Source: an uncultured Gemmatimonadota bacterium
GTDB lineage: Bacteria > Gemmatimonadota > Gemmatimonadetes > Palauibacterales > Palauibacteraceae
Direction: 5' to 3'
DNA length: 60,403 bases
NCBI GenBank assembly: GCA_964550085.1
Contig: CAZJXR010000002.1
Coordinates: 1-60,403 of the forward strand
In this document: piece after piece, positions 1 to 9,889 of the stretch
Layout: every line of letters starts with the position of its first letter
Numbering within the stretch: the first letter of the stretch is position 1
Notes under the pieces: generated by a model
The model's database searches: none
What the model was told of the DNA's origin: nothing
Seen by the model: only the letters and a program-made list of their open reading frames with translations
Program-made: the position numbers and the translations under genes

Positions 1-420
<420 letters not shown>

Positions 421-424
<4 letters not shown>

Positions 425-1098
425 CGGACGGCTCCCGTCAGCACGGCGAGCGGAAAAGAGAGGTTGCCGATCACGACGACCAGGGCAAGCCCGGCCGCCA
501 GCGGGCGACGAATGCGCCGAGCCCGGGGACCGTCGAGACCCAGCGTCTGAAAGCCGCTCCACACGCCGTGGTAGATGTGCAGTCCGAGGGCGAGCATGGC
601 GAAGCTGTACGCAACCGCGACCGGCCACTGCCCGAAGCCGGTCACGAAGTTGTGATAGACATCCCCGCGCACAAAACCCGGGTGGGCGTTACCCCAGGTG
701 AGGTGCATGAGGTGGTAGACCACGAAAAGGAATATCACCGCTCCGCCCCAGCGCATGGTGCGCGAGGCGTACGTCAGCTCTTCGTGAGGCGTTCGTCCAT
801 ATCGGACAGGGCGGGCCGCCAGACTGAGACGACCCAGCTGCACCGCGGCCACGATGTGGACGACGACGGCCGCGAGCAGCACCAGCCGCACGAGCCACAG
901 CAGCTGGCCGTGACCGAGCAGCGGTGTGCCCGCATCGCGCAGGAATTCCGCGTACGCGTTGAACTTCTCCGGACCCTGGTAGACCTTGAGGTTGCCGAGC
1001 ATGTGCGCGACGACGAAGCCCAGCAACAGCACACCTGTGACCGCCATGACGATCTTCTTGCCGATCGTCGAGCTGTACAGGGAAACCAGGCGTCGCAT
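421..1098 (-). CDS. sdhC: succinate dehydrogenase cytochrome b subunit (b558 family)
   Basis: ORF 421..1173; probable start is ATG 1098 ([22 protein letters not shown]...). Multi-helix membrane protein with conserved His in helices ([24 protein letters not shown]), lying directly upstream of sdhA. Confidence 0.8.
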
Positions 1099-1258
1099 GC
1101 GTTCACCGGAATCGGCGGGTCGCTGCACTGTCCGAGCGGGCTGCATCTTACCGGCGCTCGCACACGGCTTCAAGCGAAGCGCGGTCCCTCGACGCGCCTC
1201 CCAGGGTGCGGAGGCCGCAGCGCCCGCCAGGGGTTCGCACCATGCGTGGACGGGACGA

Positions 1259-1777
1259 TCAGTCCGCCGTCACGCGATACGAACGGGACGCTTCGTCGTA
1301 TGCCTCGAGGCGAATCGTGCGCCCACAGCGGAGCTCCTCCTCCATCGTGTGACAGTGCACGAGATGGAGGACGCCCCCGTCGTGGCAGTGTGCCCGCCCC
1401 GAGCGGGGCTCGCGGTCGACTCCCTGGCTCACCAATCGCCCCTCGAGCCCGACCAGACCCGGCGAGTCGATCTCTATGCGGCGCACGGGCGGAAAATAGC
1501 GATCCGTCAGTCGCCGATACCCGTAGGCGAACACGAAAGCGACGGCGACCGAAGCGATGAGGACGAGGGGAAATCGGGGAGCCGGGTCGCCGAGGGCAAG
1601 GTCGTGAATGGCGCCGTTGAAGGTGAGCCCAGCCACGCACGTCCCGATCAGCGTGCCGGACGCGACCGGCATTCGCCTTGTCCGAGCCCGCGCCACGATC
1701 CAAGCACCGACGCCGCTGAGGCCGAGGGCCAGAAAGATCAGGTTGTACCAGCGGAGGAGGAACTGCAGGTAGCTCAC
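1259..1777 (-). CDS. NfeD-like membrane protein (hydrophobic N-terminal half plus small C-terminal beta domain)
   Basis: ORF 172 aa. The N-terminal ~90 aa are hydrophobic helices (LIFLALGLSGVGAWIV, LIGTCVAGLTF, LVLIASVAVAFVFAYG). The C-terminal ~70 aa are soluble, as in NfeD-family proteins. The family call comes from architecture only. Confidence 0.4.
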   Translation of the reverse strand: MSYLQFLLRWYNLIFLALGLSGVGAWIVARARTRRMPVASGTLIGTCVAGLTFNGAIHDLALGDPAPRFPLVLIASVAVAFVFAYGYRRLTDRYFPPVRRIEIDSPGLVGLEGRLVSQGVDREPRSGRAHCHDGGVLHLVHCHTMEEELRCGRTIRLEAYDEASRSYRVTAD

Positions 1778-1794
1778 GCCCGCCTGGCAGCTCG

Positions 1795-2754
1795 CTAGAG
1801 CGCCACGACCTTCATCGTCGCCCGCACGTCGGCGGCCGAGGCGTGGAGTGCCTGACGCTCGCCGGGGGTAAGGTCGACCTCGATCACCTGCTCCAGGCCA
1901 CCCCGACCCAGCTTACACGGCACCCCGAGAAACAGGTCATGGAGCCCATACTCGCCTTCCAGCCACGCGGCACACGGCAGGATGCGCTTCTTGTCGCGTG
2001 CGATCGCTTCGGCCATCTGAACCGCGGCAGCCGACGGCGCGTAGTATGCGCTCCCGGTCTTCAGGAGACCGACGATCTCGCCCCCTCCTTTGCGCGTTCG
2101 CTCCACGATCTCCTCGATGCGATCGGCCGGCAGCAGCTCGGCAAGCGGAATGCCGCCCACCGACACGGAGCGCGTCAACGGAACCATGCTGTCACCGTGA
2201 CCCCCGAGGACGAGGGCCTGGATATCCTCGACGCTCACGTCGAGCTCGAGGGCGATAAAGCTCCGGAATCGTGCCGTATCGAGCACTCCCGCCATGCCGA
2301 TCACCCGGTGGCGCGGGAAGCCGGTCACCTCCTTGGCCACATAGGCCATCACGTCGAGCGGATTGGTGACCATGATGACGATGGCGTCCGGGCTGTGCTG
2401 GCGGATCTGTTCCGCGATGCCTTTGATGATCTCGGTGTTCCTGGTGACCAGGTCATCGCGACTCATCCCCGGTTTGCGGGCCAGGCCTGCGGTCACAATA
2501 TAGAGCCCGGAACCCGCCGTTTCATCGTATCCGCGGCTACCCACCACCCTCGTGTCGAATCCCTCCACCGGCGCCGACTCCCACTGATCGAGTGCTTTGC
2601 CCTGTGGCAGGCCTTCCACGATGTCGACCAGCACGACTTCGCGGGCCAGTTCTCGTTCCGCCACCCTCTGAGCCGCGGTCGCACCGACGTGTCCGGCACC
2701 GACTACCGTGATCTTGTCCACAACGATGTACCTCGCGCGAGCGGTTGGGTGCAT
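1795..2754 (-). CDS. mdh: malate dehydrogenase (LDH-like, NAD-dependent)
   Basis: ITVVGAGHVGATAA Rossmann motif, MVTNPLD, GMAGVLDTARF, LVLGGHGDSMVP catalytic His region. The true start may be GTG 2721 (VDKITVVGAG) rather than 2754. Confidence 0.95.
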   Translation of the reverse strand: MHPTARARYIVVDKITVVGAGHVGATAAQRVAERELAREVVLVDIVEGLPQGKALDQWESAPVEGFDTRVVGSRGYDETAGSGLYIVTAGLARKPGMSRDDLVTRNTEIIKGIAEQIRQHSPDAIVIMVTNPLDVMAYVAKEVTGFPRHRVIGMAGVLDTARFRSFIALELDVSVEDIQALVLGGHGDSMVPLTRSVSVGGIPLAELLPADRIEEIVERTRKGGGEIVGLLKTGSAYYAPSAAAVQMAEAIARDKKRILPCAAWLEGEYGLHDLFLGVPCKLGRGGLEQVIEVDLTPGERQALHASAADVRATMKVVAL

Positions 2755-2866
2755 GTGCAGTGAGGAACAGCCGCGTCTCCGGAATCGAGACGCGAGGGGA
2801 AGCTACCGGCTCCGGATGACCGGATGCAACCGCCGCAGCGGCGAGGGTCGAGCGAGCAGGCGCCGG

Positions 2867-3112
2867 CTACAGATCGCGGCCTGGAAAGGCTCCGACCCGG
2901 CGCGAGACCTCTTCAGCGATGGTGACCAGCGCGCGGTCCCAGCGCTCCGGACTCACCATGTCGATCACTGATTCGACCAGCGTGAGCAAATGGAGGGCCT
3001 CACCACGCGTGAGCGGATCATACGCGTCACCCGTCTCGAGCTGATCGCGGAGTGAGCGCGCGCGCTCACGAAGCAGTTGGTGCTGCTGTCTTTCCTCGTA
3101 AGTCATACCCAC
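2867..3112 (-). CDS. hypothetical small helical protein (81 aa)
   Basis: Only long ORF in this gap, and composition looks coding-like. No recognisable motif. Confidence 0.45.
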   Translation of the reverse strand: MGMTYEERQQHQLLRERARSLRDQLETGDAYDPLTRGEALHLLTLVESVIDMVSPERWDRALVTIAEEVSRRVGAFPGRDL

Positions 3113-3173
3113 CCCCCACGATTCTGTTGTGGCCGCCCCTGCGACCCGAGGACATCCCCCACCTCCACCACTC

Positions 3174-4154
3174 TCACCCGCCCACCTCGCTCAGCGCCGC
3201 CAATCCTCCGCTTCCCGCCGTCGATCCGAGCTGGAGCCAATGACGCTCCGGCTTGCCGGCCAACGCCTCGCGAACCGCACCCAGCACGTCGCCGCTGTCA
3301 CGCAACGGCTGCTTCAGATCGACCTCGTGCGTCCCGAACAGACACGTCCGCAGCCGGCCATCCGCCGTCAGCCGCATACGATTGCACCTGTCGCAATAGT
3401 TGTGCGACAACGGGGTGATCACCCCGACCGTGCCCGGCGCATCGTCGAATCGATAGTAAACCGCGGGGCCGTTCCCCTCCGGACCGGGCGCGGGCCGGAG
3501 ATCCTCCAGTCTGGCGATCCGCCGCAGAATCTCGTCCGCTGCTATGAAATGGTCCGTCAGGTGCAGGTTTTCCGCCACAGGCATCAGTTCGATGAAACGG
3601 ATGTGCCACGGACGCTGCCGGGTGATGTCGGCGAAATCGACGACTTCATCGTCGTTGATGCCTCGCAGCAGAACCGTGTTGATCTTGAGCGGCGCAAATC
3701 CCGCCCGCTCGGCCGCGGTGATTCCCTCCAGGGTCGCGTCGAAGAATCGACCCGGTCGCCGGGCCAGCCGCTCGAAGCGCTCGCGACGAAGCGTGTCGAG
3801 GCTGATGTTCACGCGTCGAACACCCGCTTGCTTCAGTCGGGTCGCGAACTGTGGCAACAACACGGCGTTCGTCGACAGCGCGATATCGCGGATCCCGGGC
3901 ACGGCGGCGAGCATCGACGCCAGCTCCGGCAGGTCCCGACGCACCAGCGGCTCACCGCCGGTGATTCGCACCCGCTCGAGTCCGACCGTCGCCATCTGCC
4001 GCACGATCTCGGTGATCTCCTCGTACGTGAGCAGTTCCTTTTTCGGAACCCAGTCGAGACCCTCTACCGGCATGCAGTAGGTGCACCGGAGATTGCACTT
4101 GTCCGTCACCGAGACGCGCAGGTAGTTGATTCGACGGCCGAACTGGTCCTTCAT
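3174..4154 (-). CDS. moaA: GTP 3',8-cyclase (molybdenum cofactor biosynthesis protein A, radical SAM)
   Basis: INYLRVSVTDKCNLRCTYCMP radical-SAM CxxxCxxC motif and C-terminal CDRCNRMRLTADGRLRTCLF second cluster motif. ATG overlaps the moaE stop (ATGA). Confidence 0.95.
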   Translation of the reverse strand: MKDQFGRRINYLRVSVTDKCNLRCTYCMPVEGLDWVPKKELLTYEEITEIVRQMATVGLERVRITGGEPLVRRDLPELASMLAAVPGIRDIALSTNAVLLPQFATRLKQAGVRRVNISLDTLRRERFERLARRPGRFFDATLEGITAAERAGFAPLKINTVLLRGINDDEVVDFADITRQRPWHIRFIELMPVAENLHLTDHFIAADEILRRIARLEDLRPAPGPEGNGPAVYYRFDDAPGTVGVITPLSHNYCDRCNRMRLTADGRLRTCLFGTHEVDLKQPLRDSGDVLGAVREALAGKPERHWLQLGSTAGSGGLAALSEVGG

Positions 4155-4681
4155 CCCGACCCCTCGTCTCGTCGGGCACCCGGCGAGCCGTCAGCCCGCA
4201 CCCGCTCGCCCGCCAGCCAACCCCCCGACCCATCCTCGTACTCTTCAAGCTTCCAGACCGGGAGTCGCGTCTTTATCTCTTCGATCACGTAGCGCGAGGC
4301 AGCGTAGGTGGCGGCCCGGTGGGGAGCCGTGACCGCGATCGCCACGCTGGCTTCACCCGGCGACAGCACACCGGTGCGGTGGGCGGCCGCGATGCCGCCC
4401 ACCTCCCAGCGGTCGACCGCTTCGAGGAGGATCTCCTCCAACACCTGCTCCGCCATCTCGCGATACGCCTCGTAATGCAGCCGAGCGACCGGCCGCCCGG
4501 AGTTCTCGTCGCGCACCCGACCGACGAACAGGATCGAAGCCCCATCCGCCGTCGTGCCGAGGTCGGTCAGCAAACCGGCCGGCTCGATCCGGTCCTCGCT
4601 GATCCGCGCGCGCACGGTCGGCACCCGGTCGTGCCGGCCGGCGCCCGACCCATCGGTCCGCTTTCGCCGATGCGGTCGCAC
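4151..4681 (-). CDS. moaE: molybdopterin synthase catalytic subunit
   Basis: ORF 4151..4825 is over-extended; GTG 4681 lies 2 nt after the moaD stop. MoaE-like core: ILFVGRVRD...LHYEAYREMAEQVLEEI...IAAAHRTGVLSPGEASVAIAVTAPHRAATYAASRYVIEEIKTRLPVWK. Confidence 0.85.
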   Translation of the reverse strand: MRPHRRKRTDGSGAGRHDRVPTVRARISEDRIEPAGLLTDLGTTADGASILFVGRVRDENSGRPVARLHYEAYREMAEQVLEEILLEAVDRWEVGGIAAAHRTGVLSPGEASVAIAVTAPHRAATYAASRYVIEEIKTRLPVWKLEEYEDGSGGWLAGERVRADGSPGARRDEGSG

Positions 4682-4682
4682 C

Positions 4683-4958
4683 TCAGCCTCCCGACACGGG
4701 CGGGATGAGCGCGACCTCATCGCCGTCGACCACCTTGCGGTCCAGAGCAGCGTACTCCCGATTGACGGCGACGACCGGATCAGGGGGCAGCACCTCGAAG
4801 CCGGCCTCGCACCGAAGACGGGCAACCAGCTCGCGCACGGTACTCCCTTCCGGCACCGTCAGCATGTGTCCCGCCACCCCGGTCCGGTCGCGATAGTGTG
4901 CGAACAGGCGGACCGACACCTGGATGGCGGCGGCAGTGGCAGCCTCGCGCTCAAACAT
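4683..4958 (-). CDS. moaD: molybdopterin synthase sulfur-carrier subunit (MoaD/ThiS fold)
   Basis: 91 aa, beta-grasp-like, ends ...ALIPPVSGG (C-terminal Gly-Gly). Sits between a small upstream ORF and moaE. Confidence 0.85.
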   Translation of the reverse strand: MFEREAATAAAIQVSVRLFAHYRDRTGVAGHMLTVPEGSTVRELVARLRCEAGFEVLPPDPVVAVNREYAALDRKVVDGDEVALIPPVSGG

Positions 4959-5256
4959 CGGCGTGTGACGCCGTGCCCGTGGTCGGGGCAGCGCTGTTCG
5001 GGGCCGCCGTCCGGATGAACATCAGGTACTTGGAGAGCCTCTCATCGGGACGCTGCGTGGACACGCGCACGCGCGTGGTCCCGTCGCTCGTCCACGCCGA
5101 GATGGCGATGCGGTTTCGGAAGTCGGACAGCACGACACTGGAGTCCGTCTCGTCCTCGATCGTGCCTGCATAACCGACCAGCAGCCTGGTAAAAAAGAGC
5201 TTGCTCTCCGCGATCACCTCGGCCGGAGACAGCTGGGTGGTGGTTTCTCTGGTCAT
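4951..5256 (-). CDS. hypothetical protein, first gene of the moaD-moaE-moaA transcription unit
   Basis: ORF 4951..5322; likely start is MTRETTTQL (ATG 5256). Its 3' end overlaps the moaD start by 8 nt. No recognisable motif. Confidence 0.45.
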   Translation of the reverse strand: MTRETTTQLSPAEVIAESKLFFTRLLVGYAGTIEDETDSSVVLSDFRNRIAISAWTSDGTTRVRVSTQRPDERLSKYLMFIRTAAPNSAAPTTGTASHADV

Positions 5257-5411
5257 CGTTTCGTCCGGCTTGTTTCCCGGGGACTCGGTTCGCTCCGAGC
5301 CGTTTCTTGACGTCCGTCTCAACCGATCCGTATGATCTCGCGGCTCGATTCGCCACCCGCGAAGCGACGCGGCGCGGGCAAGTTACCGTACCGCCGAAAG
5401 CGCATCAAACC

Positions 5412-6596
5412 GTGCACACAACAGTGGACACCTCTTTCTCCGCCAACGTCTCGACCCTCGAGCCTTCCCCCACGCTTGCCCTGGCCGCCCGAGCGCGCAC
5501 CCTGCGGGCCGAGGGACGGCCCGTGATCGATCTGTCGGCCGGGGAGCCGGTCTTCCCTACCCCGGAATATGCGGCACGAGCCGCGATCGACGCCATCGGG
5601 GCCGGCCGGATGGGGTACCCGCCCACTGCCGGCACGACGGCGCTGCGCGAGGCGATCGCCCGCTACCTGGCAGAGAGCAGCGCCCACTCCCGGTTCGAGG
5701 CGTCTGACGTAATCGTGTCGGCGGGAGCCAAACAGGCCCTCTTCAACTGCATCTTCTGCCTGTTTGAACGGGGCGACGAGGTGTTGGTTCCCGCTCCGCT
5801 GTGGCCGAGCTACACGACGATCATCGAACTGGCGGGCGCCTCGCCGGTGATCGTGCCGACGCACGCGGATCAGGGGTTCGCCCTCGACCTCGAGGCGGTC
5901 GAAGCCGCGCGAACCCCCCGCACGCGGGGGATCGTCATCAACAGCCCTTCGAATCCCTCGGGCGCTACTTACGATCGGGCGACGATCGAGCACCTCGTGC
6001 GCTGGACCGGGGAGCACGACCTGTGGCTGTTGTCGGATGAAATCTATCGGAGGTTGTACTTCGAGGGATCATCGGCGCCTTCCGTCCTCGACGTTCCCGA
6101 TCGCCCGCCGAGGGTCGTCGTCGTCGACGGCGTCTCCAAGGCGTTTGCGATGACCGGCTGGCGCATCGGGTTCGCTGTCGGTCCGCGCGAGCTGATCGCG
6201 AAGGCGACGGACCTTCAGAGTCAGACCACCTCAGGGGCTGCCGGTCCATCCCAGGCGGCCGCCGCGGCGGCGCTCGGCGACAGCGAGCAGCGCGAGCGCC
6301 ACATCGCGCAATTCGTCGCCACGCTTCGAAAGAACCGCGATGTGGGAGTCGCGTTGCTTCGCGATACGCACGGAATCGTGCTCGATCCACCGCCCGGTGG
6401 CATCTACCTGTTCGCGGGACTCGCCGGTGGGGCCGGTTCGCTCGGAGTAGCCGAACGACTCCTGAACGAGGCCGAGGTGGCCTGCATCCCGGGAGACACG
6501 TTTCACGCGCCCGGGTTTCTGCGCTTCAACTTCGCCGTTCCGCAGGACCTTCTCAGTACCGGACTCGAGAGAGTACGAGCCTGCCTGAGTAGCTGA
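5412..6596 (+). CDS. pyridoxal-phosphate-dependent aminotransferase, class I/II (aspartate aminotransferase-like)
   Basis: IDLSAGEPVFPTP, SPSNPSGATY, SDEIYRRLYF, VDGVSKAFAMTGWRIGF (PLP lysine SKxxxMTGWR), RFNF near C-terminus. Start uncertain (GTG 5412 or 5424; track ORF starts at 5307). Confidence 0.9.
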   Translation: MHTTVDTSFSANVSTLEPSPTLALAARARTLRAEGRPVIDLSAGEPVFPTPEYAARAAIDAIGAGRMGYPPTAGTTALREAIARYLAESSAHSRFEASDVIVSAGAKQALFNCIFCLFERGDEVLVPAPLWPSYTTIIELAGASPVIVPTHADQGFALDLEAVEAARTPRTRGIVINSPSNPSGATYDRATIEHLVRWTGEHDLWLLSDEIYRRLYFEGSSAPSVLDVPDRPPRVVVVDGVSKAFAMTGWRIGFAVGPRELIAKATDLQSQTTSGAAGPSQAAAAAALGDSEQRERHIAQFVATLRKNRDVGVALLRDTHGIVLDPPPGGIYLFAGLAGGAGSLGVAERLLNEAEVACIPGDTFHAPGFLRFNFAVPQDLLSTGLERVRACLSS

Positions 6597-6645
6597 GGGA
6601 CCTCCCCGCCCTCCACCGTTCGCAGCGGGCAGCCCGGAGCGAGGC

Positions 6646-6966
6646 TCAGAAGCCCTCGATCGACGCGCGAGGGGGTTTCTCCTGCTGCTCGGCCACGTGT
6701 GCCTTGAACAACCGCGAGGGTTTGAACACCGGCACGGCGCGGGCCGGCACGCGCACCGACTCGCCGGTTCGCGGGTTGCGGGCCGTGCGTGGTTTGCGGT
6801 ACTTGACCTTGAAAGTGCCGAACCCGCGGATTTCGATGTGCTGGTCGTCCGCCAGGGCACGTCTCACGGCATTGAGGAAGCCGTCGATGACCGCGCTGCA
6901 GTCCTTCTTGGTAATGCCGGGTCCGATCGCCTCGTACACCTGCTCGACTAGATCCGCTTTGGTCAT
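6646..6966 (-). CDS. HU/IHF-family DNA-binding protein
   Basis: MTKADLVEQVYE...IEIRGFGTFKVKYRKPRTARNPRTGESVRVPARAVPVFKPS matches the HU/IHF signature (RGFGxF...R.ARNP.TGE...) and carries a short C-terminal tail. Start is ATG 6966 inside ORF 6646..7035. Confidence 0.85.
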   Translation of the reverse strand: MTKADLVEQVYEAIGPGITKKDCSAVIDGFLNAVRRALADDQHIEIRGFGTFKVKYRKPRTARNPRTGESVRVPARAVPVFKPSRLFKAHVAEQQEKPPRASIEGF

Positions 6967-7035
6967 TGATCCGCTCCTCTCGCGTCGCGTGTGAGGTCCG
7001 TCAGGCGCGATGTCTCTGCAACCGTCCGCCCGCAA

Positions 7036-7983
7036 TCACGGTTTCCACTGGTAGAGCATCCGCGGCGTCGCCGCGGCAGGCACGAAATGGCCAAGCAATT
7101 CGCGCAGGCGCGTCTCTGACACGCCGCTGATCAGGTCGAGCCAACTCATCCTCTTTTGCCGCGGGCGAACCGTCTCCGGATCCTTCCCCAGCCCTGCCAT
7201 CTCCCCGGCGATGTCGATCGCCTCGCTCAGGCTCGCCAATCCATCGATGAGCTGGTACTCGAGCGCCTGCTCACCGGTGAAGATCCTCCCGTCGGCCAGG
7301 GCTTCGGCCTGCTCGAGATCCAGGGGACGGTTTTCCGCCACTGCTTCCACGAACTGGTGCCAGACGTCGTCAACGACGCCCTGCAGGACGGCCCGATCCT
7401 CCTCGGACAAAGGGCGAACGGGAGACCCCAGGTCTTTGAACTCGCCGCTCTTGATCACCTCCAATTGGAGGCCGATCTTGTCGAGCAACTCCCGGGCGTT
7501 CGGGAACTCCATGATCACGCCGATGGATCCGGTGATGGAACCGGGAAGCGCATAAATGCTGTCCGCACCGAGAGCCGCGTAATAGCCGCCCGAAGCTCCG
7601 ACATCTCCGATCCACGCGATCACCGGCCGATCATCGGCCTCACGCAACACCCGGATCGCCGAATAGATCGACTGGGAGGCACCGACCGTCCCGCCCGGTG
7701 ACCTGATCTCGAGCACGAACGCCCGCACGGCGCTGTTTCGTTCGAATTCGCGCAGGTTGTTGACGAAGGTCCGCTCGGCCTGTGGCCCGATAATCTCGGC
7801 GATCGGAATGATGGCGACCCGGTCGCCTCGGATCACCGGCACATTGCCCCCGACAAGCAGCCGACCCGCGACGATGATCCCGGTGGCGAAGATCCCCAGA
7901 ATGAGAACGATGGCCAGAATGGTCGAGCGTCTGCGCTGTGGCACGGCCTCTGTCGGTCGGGAAGAGATGGACTCGGGGCACAC
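7036..7983 (-). CDS. sppA: signal peptide peptidase SppA (36K type)
   Basis: N-terminal TM helix, LEIRSPGGTVGASQ, GDVGASGGYYAALGAD (Ser nucleophile region), GSIGV, KSGEFKD, GRIFTGEQA. Confidence 0.9.
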   Translation of the reverse strand: MCPESISSRPTEAVPQRRRSTILAIVLILGIFATGIIVAGRLLVGGNVPVIRGDRVAIIPIAEIIGPQAERTFVNNLREFERNSAVRAFVLEIRSPGGTVGASQSIYSAIRVLREADDRPVIAWIGDVGASGGYYAALGADSIYALPGSITGSIGVIMEFPNARELLDKIGLQLEVIKSGEFKDLGSPVRPLSEEDRAVLQGVVDDVWHQFVEAVAENRPLDLEQAEALADGRIFTGEQALEYQLIDGLASLSEAIDIAGEMAGLGKDPETVRPRQKRMSWLDLISGVSETRLRELLGHFVPAAATPRMLYQWKP

Positions 7984-8076
7984 GCCGGAAGCTCCGATGT
8001 TGTTCCCCGATCGGTATTTGGCGACCCGAATGAAGCTACAGCGGAGCGCCGAATCCTGTCAATCGGTTGCCATTGC

Positions 8077-9189
8077 TTAAGTTGCGCACATCGCCGCCAC
8101 AAACATGTCGAACAAGTAGCGGCTGTCGTGGGGTCCAGGAGCGGACTCCGGGTGATACTGAACCCCGAAAACCGGACGCTCCGTGTGCGCCAGACCCTCG
8201 ATCGTGCCGTCGTTCAGGTTGCGATGCGTGATTCGAAGCTGCTCGGCGGCCGCGATTCGGCCATCCTCTTCCGTCACCGCGAAACCGTGGTTCTGGGAGG
8301 TGATCTCGATGACGCCGGTGTCCAGGTTCTGGACCGGGTGGTTTCCACCATGGTGCCCGTACGGGAGTTTGAACGTGCGGCCGCCGAAGCTGAGCGCGAG
8401 CAGTTGGTGCCCGAGACAGATCCCGAACACCGCGATGCCGGCGTCACTCACGGCCAAGATCCGCTCCGTGGCGCCCGGCACGGCTTCCGGGTCCCCGGGA
8501 CCGTTCGATATGAACAGGCCGCACGGAGAGCCGGCCAGCATCTCGTCGACCGGCGTCGACGCTGGCAGGACACGGACACGAAATCCCTCACCGCGGATCA
8601 GGTCCAGGCTCTGGCGTTTCACGCCGTAGTCAAGGCAGAGGACGAGCCCGCGTTCTTCGCCCTCGGGCGCGAGCTCGTACGGCTCCTCGATCGACACCAG
8701 CGACGCGAGATCGCGTCCGGTCATCGGAGGCTCGGCGTCGAGGCGGTCCCGCGCCTCGTTCGCCGACATGGTCGCGGGCGCGATGATCGCCCGCATGGCC
8801 CCGACCTCGCGGATCCGCCGCGTGATCGCCCGCGTGTCGGCGCCGACCAGAGTCGGAATCCCGTGCTCCGCGAGGTAGGCGCTCAAGGAGCCTTCGGCCC
8901 GCCAGCCGGTAGTGGTTGGAGAAAGCTCGCGGATCACGAAGCCGCTGACCCACGGCCTTCGCGACTGTGCGTCGGTGGCGGTGACCCCGTAGTTGCCGAT
9001 CATCGGCGCTGTCATAACCACGATCTGTCCCGCGTAGGACGGGTCGGTCAGCACCTCCTGATAGCCGGTCAGGTTGGTGGTGAACACGGCTTCGCCGCAG
9101 CCGCCATCGAGCTTCCCCGCCAGCCAGCCATCGAAGCAGCTGCCGTCCTCGAGCAGCATGTATCCCGCGGGCGCTTGCGTGGCGATCAC
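8077..9189 (-). CDS. carA: carbamoyl-phosphate synthase small (glutamine amidotransferase) subunit
   Basis: MLLEDGSCFDG N-terminal motif, FGICLGHQLL catalytic Cys, VQYHPES His/Glu. Track ORF extends to GTG 9267. GTG 9189 (VIATQAPAGYMLLEDG) has GGAAGG 5 nt upstream and gives a normal N-terminal length. Confidence 0.9.
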   Translation of the reverse strand: MIATQAPAGYMLLEDGSCFDGWLAGKLDGGCGEAVFTTNLTGYQEVLTDPSYAGQIVVMTAPMIGNYGVTATDAQSRRPWVSGFVIRELSPTTTGWRAEGSLSAYLAEHGIPTLVGADTRAITRRIREVGAMRAIIAPATMSANEARDRLDAEPPMTGRDLASLVSIEEPYELAPEGEERGLVLCLDYGVKRQSLDLIRGEGFRVRVLPASTPVDEMLAGSPCGLFISNGPGDPEAVPGATERILAVSDAGIAVFGICLGHQLLALSFGGRTFKLPYGHHGGNHPVQNLDTGVIEITSQNHGFAVTEEDGRIAAAEQLRITHRNLNDGTIEGLAHTERPVFGVQYHPESAPGPHDSRYLFDMFVAAMCAT

Positions 9190-9256
9190 GTCGGCCTTCC
9201 AATTCTGAGGGTCACCAAGCGGCTGCTGCTCCAGTGGAGGAACCCGGTTCGACACG

Positions 9257-9889
9257 ATGACGACCACCGATGATCGCCTGATCTGGATCTACGCCGATGA
9301 GTCCTGTCTCGGAAACCAGTTTCAGGACAGCGCCAACCCGGGCGCGGCCGCCGGCCTGATCGAGACGTTCGACGCCCGGCGCGGCTGGCGGCGCAAGGAC
9401 TACTATCACTTCGATCCCGACACGACAAACAACCGCATGGCGCTCACCTCGGCAATCGTCGGGCTGCGTGCGCTCAATCGTCCGTGCGATATCGTGTTCA
9501 CTACCGACAGCCAGTACCTGGCACGCGGAATGACCGACTGGATTCACGGCTGGGCCCGGCGCGGGTGGCGGCGAAAGAGCGGAGCGATCGAGAATCTCGA
9601 TCTGTGGCGAGAGCTGGCGAGCGCGGCCGCGCGTCACCGAATCGAATGGCGATGGGTGCGCGGGCACGACGAGCATGTCAAGAACGAGTATGCGCACGCC
9701 CTGGCGGTCGATGCCGCCCGCAACCGCCGCAGCTCGGACGGAACGGTCGGCTCGGACTTCGACCGCTGGGTAGAGGAGCAGATGGAGAAGGGGCGGTTCA
9801 CGGATTTCCTCGATGTGCCGCCCCACGAGCAGTTTCGCCCGCAGCGCCCACCCCCCGGAGCCGCCGGCGGTGGCGACGAGGCCGACTAG
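9257..9889 (+). CDS. rnhA: ribonuclease HI with ~55-aa C-terminal extension
   Basis: IWIYADESCLGN (first catalytic Asp), NNRMALTSAI (Glu replaced locally; alignment needed), FTTDSQY (Asp), W..VRGHDEHVKNEYAHALA (His/Asp region). Confidence 0.85.
   Translation: MTTTDDRLIWIYADESCLGNQFQDSANPGAAAGLIETFDARRGWRRKDYYHFDPDTTNNRMALTSAIVGLRALNRPCDIVFTTDSQYLARGMTDWIHGWARRGWRRKSGAIENLDLWRELASAAARHRIEWRWVRGHDEHVKNEYAHALAVDAARNRRSSDGTVGSDFDRWVEEQMEKGRFTDFLDVPPHEQFRPQRPPPGAAGGGDEAD

Noticed and set aside
2772-2794. 8-bp hairpin (CGCGTCTC-cggaatc-GAGACGCG) between the small hypothetical gene and mdh
   Set aside because: It has no U tract on the transcribed strand and a short stem. It could be a weak terminator or attenuator, but the evidence is insufficient to call a feature.
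9189-9267. Apparent 11-nt divergent overlap of the carA and rnhA start codons
   Set aside because: It depends on the most-upstream GTG (9267) of carA. GTG 9189 has an SD-like GGAAGG and gives a normal CarA N-terminus, so the overlap is probably an ORF-calling artefact.
9886-9889. rnhA and secG converge and share a palindromic CTAG containing both TAG stops
   Set aside because: The overlap is real but trivial. Short convergent overlaps are common in compact genomes, and no hairpin or regulatory structure was seen around it.
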